From an uncultured bacterium (GTDB taxonomy: Bacteria > Lernaellota > Lernaellaia > Lernaellales > Lernaellaceae): 12,381 bases of DNA. Below the pieces are notes generated by a model. That model searched no databases and was not told the origin of the DNA. It worked only from the letters and a program-made list of their open reading frames with translations. Position numbers and translations under genes: made by a program. Below are positions 5,994 through 12,381 of this stretch, in pieces; the first letter of the stretch is position 1, and every line of letters begins with the position of its first letter. The DNA is taken from assembly GCA_964534375.1 (NCBI GenBank), contig CAZHPN010000175.1:1-12381 (forward strand), read 5' to 3'.

Positions 5994-8900
5994 ATGCCCG
6001 ATCAGGTTCGCGTGCTGCTGGTCGAGGACTCCGAAAATGACGCCCTCCTGGTGACCCGCACGCTGTCGCGCGGCGGATTCGAGCCGATCGTCGAACGGGT
6101 CGAATACGAGGTCGCGTTGCGCAAGGCGCTGGCGGAGCGCGAGTGGGACGTCGTCCTCTGCGACTATAACTTGCCTGCATTCAACGGTCCCGCGGCCCTC
6201 GCCCTCGTCCGCCAAATCAGACCCGGTGTGCCCGTCATCGTCGTGTCGGGAGCGATCGGCGAAGAAACGGCCGTGGAAATGATGCGCGCCGGCGCCAGCG
6301 ACTACGTGATGAAGGGCCGGCTGGAGCGCCTCTGTCCGGCGATTCGCCGCGAACTGCAACAGGCGGAAGCGCGGCGGGAGCAGGTTCGCACCGCCGTCGC
6401 GCTGCAAAAAGCCGAACGCGAACTGACGTCGTGGAACAAGCTGCACGAAATCTTTTTCCGTTGCGCCGGCGATGACATCTTCGAGGCCGTGCTGGCGCTC
6501 GTGTTGGAAAGCCTCGCGAGTCCTAACGGCATGTTCGGCTACATCAACGAAGACGGCGCGTTCGTTTGCGCCGCGATGGTCGGCGACGCCTGGCCCGAAG
6601 AACTGGTTCCCGGCCAGAATATCGCGTTTCCGTCCGAATCGTGGGGCCGGCTGTGGCGGATTGCGCTCACCGAGAAGAAGACGTTCTGTTCGAACGAACC
6701 GCCGCGGATGCCGCCGGGCCACGTCGCTCTGGCCAACGTCCTGGTCACGCCGATCGGCCACCGGGACGATGTCATCGGGCTGTTCGCCGTCGGCAACAAG
6801 AGCGGCGGCTACAGCGCCGACGATTGCGCCCATCTGGAAAGCATCGCGGCCGAAATTGCGCCGACCCTGCAGGCCCGCCTCGAACGGAGCGTCGAGGAAC
6901 GCGCCCGCACCCGGGCCGCCGAGCGCCAGCGCCTCGCCGTCGAAGTGCTGGAGACGTTGAACGTCGGCGCCCGAACCGGCGACGCCATCGCCGGACTGGT
7001 GCGCATGATCAAGGAATTCACCGGGTTCCACGCCGTCGGCATTCGCCTGCGCAATGGGGAAGATTTTCCGTACTACGAAACGCGGGGATTCTTCGACGAT
7101 TTTCTCCGCCTCGAAACGAGCCTTTGCCAGACCGGGCCGGACGGGCGGTTCGTGCGCGACGAAGCCGGCGGCGTCGTCCTCGAATGCCTCTGCGGCGCCG
7201 TGATTCAGGGGCGCGCCGACCCGGCGCTGCCATTCTTCACGCCGCAGGGCAGTTTCTGGACGAATTCGATCGGCGCCCTGTTGGCCGAGACCGACGCCGC
7301 CGCTTTGCCGGCGCGGATTCGCGGGCGATGCGCCACGATGGGTTTCGAATCCGTCGCGCTGATCCCCTTGCGGTCGGGCGAGGAGATCATTGGCCTGCTG
7401 CAATTGAACGACCGCCGCCAGGGTCGGCTGACGCGCGAGACGATCGAGTTTTTCGAAGGGATCGCCACGAGCGTCGGCATTGCCCTGCACCGCTCGCAGG
7501 CCGAGAAGATGGTGCGCGAGAAAGAGGCCCGATTCCGCGAGTTGTTCGAGAACATGTCGAACGGCGTCGTGATCTACGAAGCGGTCGACGACGGCGCGGA
7601 CTTCGTCATTCGCGACATCAATCACGGCGCCGAGCGCATGGAAAAGACGACCTACGAGGACGTGGCCGGCCGGCGACTGCGCGACGCCTTTCCCGGAGCC
7701 GTTGCTTTCGGGTTGGCGGAGGTGCTGCGCCGGGTTTGGCGAACAGGGACGGCGGAGAAACTGCCGCGCGCCCTGTATCGGGACGAACGCGCGTCCGGTT
7801 GGCGGGAAAGCCACGTGCTGCGGTTGCCGACCGGCGAGGTGGTGGCGATTTTCGACGACGTGACGGCGCAGGTGGAGGCGGAAGAGGCGCTGCGCAAGAA
7901 CGAAGAGAAATATCGCCTGATCGCCGAGAACGTGACGGACATTATCTGGACCACCGATCTGACCTTCCGTTTCAATTACATCAGCCCGTCGGTGGAGCGC
8001 GTGCGCGGGCTGCCCGTCGGCGAGGCGATGGCGCAACGGCCCGAAGACATCATGCCGCCGTCTTCGCTGGAGTCGGCGCTGCAAGTCATGGCGGAGGAAA
8101 TGGCGGCGGAAAACGACCCGCAGGCCGATCCCGCCCGCGTGCGCACCGTCGAATGGGAGGAGTATTGCAAGGACGGGTCGATCATCTGGACGGAAAACCA
8201 GATGACGTTTCTGCGCGACGACCGTGGCCGCCCCACGGGCATTATCGGCGTGACGCGCGACATTACCGAACGCAAACAGTCCGAACTCGCGTTGCGCCAT
8301 GCGGCGGCGAAGATTCAGGATCTCTACGACAACGCGCCGTGCGGTTATCATTCGGTGGCCGCGAACGGCGTCGTCATGCAGATCAACGAAACCGAACTCG
8401 GTTGGCTCGGCTACACGCGCGACGAGGTGGTGGGCAAAATGACGTTGGCCGATTTGCTCGCGCCCGCCCAGCGCCCGATATTCGCGGAAAATTTTCCGCA
8501 CTTTCGCGAACAAGGTTCGCTGCGCAATTTCGAAACGGAAATGATCCGCCGCGACGGCGCCACGCTGCCGGTCACGATCAACGCCACGGCCGTCAAAAAC
8601 GCCAACGGCCAGTTCATCATGAGCCGGACGACCGTATCGGACATCACCGACCGCAAGGCGGCGGAAGAGGATCGGCGCCGCCTCGAAGGACAACTGCGTC
8701 AGCAACAAAAATTGGAATCGCTCGGCACGCTGGCCAGCGGCGTGGCGCACGAAATCAACAATCCGTTGACCGGCATTTTGAATTTCGCCGAGTTGATCCA
8801 GACGCGTTCGCCGGCCGACGACAAAACGTACGACTACGCCGGCAAGATCGTTGCGGAGAGCAAGCGCGTCGCGACAATCGTGCGCAATCTGCTGGCGTTT

Positions 8901-9452
8901 GCCCGCCAGGAGAAAGAACACCATAGCCCGACGGACATGCGTGCGGTCGTCGCCGACTCCGTCGCACTGGTGGATGCGGTCCTGCGCAAAGACCAAATCG
9001 CCCTGACCGTGGAAGTCGCCGACCGCCTGCCCATGCTGCGTTGCCGCAGCCAGCAGATTCAACAGGTCATCGTCAATCTCATCACGAACGCGCGCGATGC
9101 GCTGAACGAACGATATCCCGGATACGATGCGGACAAAACGATGGCGGTGCGGGTGATGCGCATCGAGCGGGACGGCGAGTCGTGGGTCCGCACCGTCGTG
9201 GAAGACCACGGCGTGGGCATGAACGAAGCGACGCTGAATCGCGTCTTCGACCCGTTTTTCACGACGAAACCGCGCGGGATCGGCACGGGCCTGGGGCTGT
9301 CCGTGAGCCACGGCATCGTCCGCGAACACCGCGGGGAACTCCTGGTCGAGAGCGAAGAAATGAAATTCACCCGCTTCTGCATGGACCTGCCCGCCGGCGA
9401 CGCCTGGTCGCCGGCGTCGGCGGACGGCCGCGAGCCGGAAAATAACGAATAA
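5994..9452 (+). CDS. Cytoplasmic hybrid sensor histidine kinase, REC-GAF-GAF-PAS-PAS-PAS-HisKA-HATPase
   Basis: AAGGAG SD at 5981-5986. REC domain: LLVEDSEND, LCDYNLP, VVSG, DYVMK. Two GAF domains end in VTPIG..DVIGLFAVGN and LIPLRSGEEIIGLLQLND. Three PAS domains end in DVT, DITERK and DITDRK. Kinase core: H-box GVAHEINNPL, N-box NLITNARDA, G1 DHGVGM, F-box FDPFFTTK, G2 GTGLGL. No TM segment. Confidence 0.95.
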   Translation: MPDQVRVLLVEDSENDALLVTRTLSRGGFEPIVERVEYEVALRKALAEREWDVVLCDYNLPAFNGPAALALVRQIRPGVPVIVVSGAIGEETAVEMMRAGASDYVMKGRLERLCPAIRRELQQAEARREQVRTAVALQKAERELTSWNKLHEIFFRCAGDDIFEAVLALVLESLASPNGMFGYINEDGAFVCAAMVGDAWPEELVPGQNIAFPSESWGRLWRIALTEKKTFCSNEPPRMPPGHVALANVLVTPIGHRDDVIGLFAVGNKSGGYSADDCAHLESIAAEIAPTLQARLERSVEERARTRAAERQRLAVEVLETLNVGARTGDAIAGLVRMIKEFTGFHAVGIRLRNGEDFPYYETRGFFDDFLRLETSLCQTGPDGRFVRDEAGGVVLECLCGAVIQGRADPALPFFTPQGSFWTNSIGALLAETDAAALPARIRGRCATMGFESVALIPLRSGEEIIGLLQLNDRRQGRLTRETIEFFEGIATSVGIALHRSQAEKMVREKEARFRELFENMSNGVVIYEAVDDGADFVIRDINHGAERMEKTTYEDVAGRRLRDAFPGAVAFGLAEVLRRVWRTGTAEKLPRALYRDERASGWRESHVLRLPTGEVVAIFDDVTAQVEAEEALRKNEEKYRLIAENVTDIIWTTDLTFRFNYISPSVERVRGLPVGEAMAQRPEDIMPPSSLESALQVMAEEMAAENDPQADPARVRTVEWEEYCKDGSIIWTENQMTFLRDDRGRPTGIIGVTRDITERKQSELALRHAAAKIQDLYDNAPCGYHSVAANGVVMQINETELGWLGYTRDEVVGKMTLADLLAPAQRPIFAENFPHFREQGSLRNFETEMIRRDGATLPVTINATAVKNANGQFIMSRTTVSDITDRKAAEEDRRRLEGQLRQQQKLESLGTLASGVAHEINNPLTGILNFAELIQTRSPADDKTYDYAGKIVAESKRVATIVRNLLAFARQEKEHHSPTDMRAVVADSVALVDAVLRKDQIALTVEVADRLPMLRCRSQQIQQVIVNLITNARDALNERYPGYDADKTMAVRVMRIERDGESWVRTVVEDHGVGMNEATLNRVFDPFFTTKPRGIGTGLGLSVSHGIVREHRGELLVESEEMKFTRFCMDLPAGDAWSPASADGREPENNE

Positions 9453-9530
9453 TGCGAAAAGGCCGGCCCGCTGGAAAAACCGGCGCGCCGAGCGCACACT
9501 AGATCGAAGCGCCAGAAGAGGGGGAGACGT

Positions 9531-10604
9531 ATGGCGAGGGTGCTGGTTGTGGACGACGAACATAGCATTCGCGAAACGATCGGCGAATTTCTCGCGATGG
9601 ACGGGCATGAGGTGCTCACCGCCGGCGACGGTCCGGCGGCCATGGCGCTGTTGCACGACAACGACATCGACGTGGTGGTCAGCGACATTGTGATGCCCCG
9701 GCTCTCCGGGATGCAACTCCTTGAATTCATCCACAAAACGAACGATGATATTCAGGTCATCATGATGACGGGCGAACCAACGATCGAAACGGCCTCGCGG
9801 TCGGTGCGCGAGCGCGCGTTCGATTACCTCGCGAAACCGATCAGCGGCAAGACGATCCGCCAGACGGTGGCCAATGCCGCCCGAGTGCGCCTGCTCCAAA
9901 CGGAAAAGCGCGCCCTTGAAGAAGAAAATTCCCGACACCGCGAACACCTCGAACTGGCGGTCGCCGAACGCACCGTCGAACTCGCCCGGACCAACGACGA
10001 ATTGCAAGCGACGCTGGGCCGCTTGCGCGAAAGCCTCGACAAGACGACGCGCGCCATGTCGCTGACGATCGAAAAACGCGACCCGTACACGGCGGGCCAC
10101 CAGACGCGCGTCGCGCAACTCGCCGTGGCGATCGCCCGCGAGATGAAACTGCCCGGCGACGAGTTGGCGGGCGTGCGCACCGCCGCGCTGCTGCACGACC
10201 TGGGCAAGATCAGCATTCCGGCGGAGATCCTCGCGAAGCCGACGAGGCTGACCGCCGAGGAAACCGCTTTGATCCGCACGCATCCGCGCGTCGGCTTCGA
10301 AATTCTGGCGACGATCGATTTCCTGTGGCCGGTCGCGGACGTCATCGTCCAGCACCACGAGCGGTGGGACGGCTCGGGCTATCCCGACGGCCTCAAGGGC
10401 GAGAACATCCTTCTCGGCGCGCGAATCATCGGGGTCTCCGATGTCGTCGAGGCGATGTCGCAGCACCGGCCCTACCGCGCCGCGTTGGGCGTCCAAACCG
10501 CGCTGGCGCATATCGCCGAGAATGGCGGCGTGATTTACGACGCCGCGGTGACGGCCGTCTGCCTGAAGGTGTTTGCCGAAGGGTTCGTATTCCTACCGAT
10601 TTGA
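9531..10604 (+). CDS. Response regulator with HD-GYP cyclic-dinucleotide phosphodiesterase output (RpfG-like), REC-coiled coil-HD-GYP
   Basis: GGGGAG SD at 9521-9526. REC domain: VVDDE, SDIVMP, MMTG, YLAKP. HD-GYP domain: EKRDPYTAGH, LHDLGK, HP..G, HHERWDGSGYP, DVVEAM..HRPYR. Confidence 0.95.
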   Translation: MARVLVVDDEHSIRETIGEFLAMDGHEVLTAGDGPAAMALLHDNDIDVVVSDIVMPRLSGMQLLEFIHKTNDDIQVIMMTGEPTIETASRSVRERAFDYLAKPISGKTIRQTVANAARVRLLQTEKRALEEENSRHREHLELAVAERTVELARTNDELQATLGRLRESLDKTTRAMSLTIEKRDPYTAGHQTRVAQLAVAIAREMKLPGDELAGVRTAALLHDLGKISIPAEILAKPTRLTAEETALIRTHPRVGFEILATIDFLWPVADVIVQHHERWDGSGYPDGLKGENILLGARIIGVSDVVEAMSQHRPYRAALGVQTALAHIAENGGVIYDAAVTAVCLKVFAEGFVFLPI

Positions 10605-10658
10605 GGCGAATTCACGGGGTTCGGGGCTCGGCATTCTGCGAGTAGCGAAAGCGCGGTC

Positions 10659-10700
10659 ATTCCGCATACGGCAATCTGTATTCCGCAATTCGACTAACGA
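10659..10700. repeat. Degenerate heptamer tandem repeat between the convergent HD-GYP genes
   Basis: ATTCCGC-ATACGGC-AATCTGT-ATTCCGC-AATTCGA-CTAACGA. Units 1 and 4 are identical. Confidence 0.45.
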
Positions 10701-10718
10701 CCCGCCCCTTGCGGCGTT

Positions 10719-12185
10719 TCACGGGCGATGAAAACGATCCTGCTGCACCGCCGGGAGCGGCGGAAGCTGATATTTCTTGCTGCCGAACAAACTCAAGCAG
10801 TGTTCCGCGACCTCGGCGTCGTAGAGCGCGCCGGCGTAATCCCGGATTTCGTTCAGCGCGGCGTCGATACCCAGACTCGGCCGGTACGGCCGGTGCGACG
10901 CCATCGCCTCGACCACGTCGGCGACCGCGAGAATTCGCGCCTCGGGCATGATGTCGTCGCCCTTGCGGCCGCTCGGATAGCCCGCGCCGTTGAACCGTTC
11001 GTGGTGCTGCAGCACGATCTCCGCGACCGGCAGACTGAAGTCGATGTTCCTCAGAATGTCGCTGCCCATTTTGGGGTGGCCTTTGATCAATTCGAATTCC
11101 GCGTCGGTCAGTTGGCCGGGCTTGTTCAGGATTTCCGACGGCAGGGCAATCTTGCCGATGTCGTGGACGACGCCCGCCATGCGGATCGCTTCGGTCCGCA
11201 CGGCCGAGTGCCCCATGTCCCGCGCGATGGCGACCGCGAGGTCGGCCACGCGCCGCTGATGGCCGGCCGTGTACGGATCGCGCGTTTCCACCAGCGACGC
11301 CATCGCTTCGATCGTGCCCCAGAGGGTGTTGCCCAAGCGCTCGAAACTCTGCCGCAACTCGAGTTCGGCCGCCTTGCGCTCGCTGATGTCGCGGCTGCTG
11401 AAAATCATCCCGGCCGGCCGGTCGTGCTCGTCGAGCAGCGCCTTGCCGATCGTTTCGACCCACAGCGACCGCCCGTCGACGCAGCGGAAACGGAACTCGA
11501 CCTTGCCCGGGTTCGCGCTCTGTCCGCCGTCCTTGACGATCGCTGCAAAGGAGTTGCGGTCATCGGGATGGACAATTTGGAAAATGGAATTGTCGTATAG
11601 GTTCGCGGGCTCGAATCCCAACAGGCTGCGATGCGACTCGCTGACGTAGGTGACGACGCCCTGCGCATCGGTTGTGCACACGAGGTCCGACATGTTGCCG
11701 GTGATCAGCCGCAGCCGGGTTTCGTTGGTCTGGAGTTCGTTCGTGCGTTGGACGACCAGTTCCTCCAGACGCTTGCGATAGCTGGCGTTTTCCGCTTCCA
11801 GCCGCCGGCTCTCGTCCTGCGCCGCCAGGATCCGCGCGCCGGCGGCGACCGCTTTGCGGACGTCGGCGCCGCCGATCGGCTTGATCAGGTAGTCGAAGGC
11901 CCCCAGGCGGACGGCCTCCGCCGCGGTCTCGACGCTCGGGTTCCCCGTGACGATGATCACCACCGTGCGCGGTGCAACGTCGCGGATTGTGTTCAGCAGC
12001 TCCAGACCACTGATTTCCGGCATGACGATGTCGGCGAGCACGATGTCGATTTCGCGTTCGGCCAGGACCTGAAAGGCCTCCGGCGCATCTTCGGCCGTGT
12101 GAACTTCGTGCCCGTCGGCCAACAGGTGCTCGGCCAGAACCTCGCGGATGTTTTTCTCGTCATCGACAATCAGGACGCGGGCCAT
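10719..12185 (-). CDS. Response regulator REC-PAS-HD-GYP phosphodiesterase
   Basis: TAAGGAG SD at 12200-12194. REC domain: IVDDE, ADIVMP, IVTG, YLIKP. PAS domain: NMSDLV...VHPDDR...RDISERK. HD-GYP domain: ETRDPYTAGH, VHDIGK, HHERFNGAGYP, DVVEAM..HRPYR. Confidence 0.95.
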   Translation of the reverse strand: MARVLIVDDEKNIREVLAEHLLADGHEVHTAEDAPEAFQVLAEREIDIVLADIVMPEISGLELLNTIRDVAPRTVVIIVTGNPSVETAAEAVRLGAFDYLIKPIGGADVRKAVAAGARILAAQDESRRLEAENASYRKRLEELVVQRTNELQTNETRLRLITGNMSDLVCTTDAQGVVTYVSESHRSLLGFEPANLYDNSIFQIVHPDDRNSFAAIVKDGGQSANPGKVEFRFRCVDGRSLWVETIGKALLDEHDRPAGMIFSSRDISERKAAELELRQSFERLGNTLWGTIEAMASLVETRDPYTAGHQRRVADLAVAIARDMGHSAVRTEAIRMAGVVHDIGKIALPSEILNKPGQLTDAEFELIKGHPKMGSDILRNIDFSLPVAEIVLQHHERFNGAGYPSGRKGDDIMPEARILAVADVVEAMASHRPYRPSLGIDAALNEIRDYAGALYDAEVAEHCLSLFGSKKYQLPPLPAVQQDRFHRP

Positions 12186-12226
12186 GGGCGTGTCTCCTTA
12201 GAAGATCGTCAGGAACGACGGTCGGC

Positions 12227-12235
12227 AGTCTACCA
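12227..12235 (-). promoter_or_regulatory. Putative extended -10 promoter for the REC-PAS-HD-GYP gene
   Basis: Minus strand reads TGGTAGACT (TGn-TAnnnT), about 40 nt upstream of the ATG and downstream of the tRNA terminator. It is nearly identical to TGGCAGACT at 2844-2836. Confidence 0.45.
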
Positions 12236-12273
12236 TGCCTTGGAACGACGCGAATCGCGTGAAGCACCGCGGC

Positions 12274-12320
12274 AAAAACGAACGGGCCGTCCGGCCCACG
12301 CGGTCGAACGGCCCGTTTTT
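12274..12320 (-). terminator. Rho-independent terminator downstream of tRNA-Pro (possibly bidirectional)
   Basis: Minus strand reads AACGGGCCGTTCGACC-GCGTG-GGCCGGACGGCCCGTT-CGTTTTT: a 16-bp stem with one G-U pair and one mismatch. The + strand also has TTTTT at the end of the stem. Confidence 0.75.
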
Positions 12321-12324
12321 CGGA

Positions 12325-12381
12325 TCGGGGCGGCAGGATTTGAACCTGTGACCCCCTGAACCCCATTCAGGTGCGCTACCA
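12325..12381 (-). tRNA. tRNA-Pro(GGG), 5' end outside the window
   Basis: Minus strand reads TGGTA-GCGC-A-CCTGA-ATGGGGT-TCAGG-GGGTC-ACAGG-TTCAAAT-CCTGC-CGCCCCG-A. Anticodon GGG is at 12364-12362, with G72/A73 proline identity elements. CCA is not encoded. Confidence 0.95.

Noticed and set aside
6566..8926. 786-aa alternative-frame ORF inside the kinase
   Set aside because: Arg-rich off-frame artefact; the kinase frame is intact.
5958..10511. 1517-aa antisense ORF spanning the kinase and regulator
   Set aside because: It is in exact codon register with both sense genes, which share a frame. It stays open because GC-rich genes avoid TTA, CTA and TCA codons. No recognisable motifs.
12160..12366. 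68-aa minus-strand ORF
   Set aside because: It overlaps the tRNA-Pro gene and its terminator.
1..12381. CRISPR array, IS element, prophage or defence island next to the tRNA
   Set aside because: No regularly spaced repeats, transposase, integrase, phage genes or obvious compositional shift were seen.

Overview
GC-rich bacterial window of metabolic and signalling genes. In order it contains: the 3' end of a probable radical SAM/SPASM protein (+); a 785-aa membrane protein with a spermidine-synthase-like SAM fold between two related transmembrane halves (-); a secreted Spy/CpxP-family protein (-); a divergent propionate-CoA ligase, prpE (+); a REC-GAF-GAF-PAS-PAS-PAS hybrid histidine kinase followed by a REC-HD-GYP phosphodiesterase (+); a convergent paralogous REC-PAS-HD-GYP phosphodiesterase (-); and the 3' part of tRNA-Pro(GGG) with its terminator (-). 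I saw no transposase, integrase or CRISPR array. There are two main leads. (1) By-eye topology of the 785-aa protein suggests an MFS-like 6+6 TM core carrying an extracytoplasmic SAM-fold domain that lacks the aminopropyltransferase motifs. (2) The kinase has a four-cysteine GAF domain that may be a metal or Fe-S sensor feeding two c-di-GMP phosphodiesterases. All family calls come from motif recognition by eye; no searches were run.
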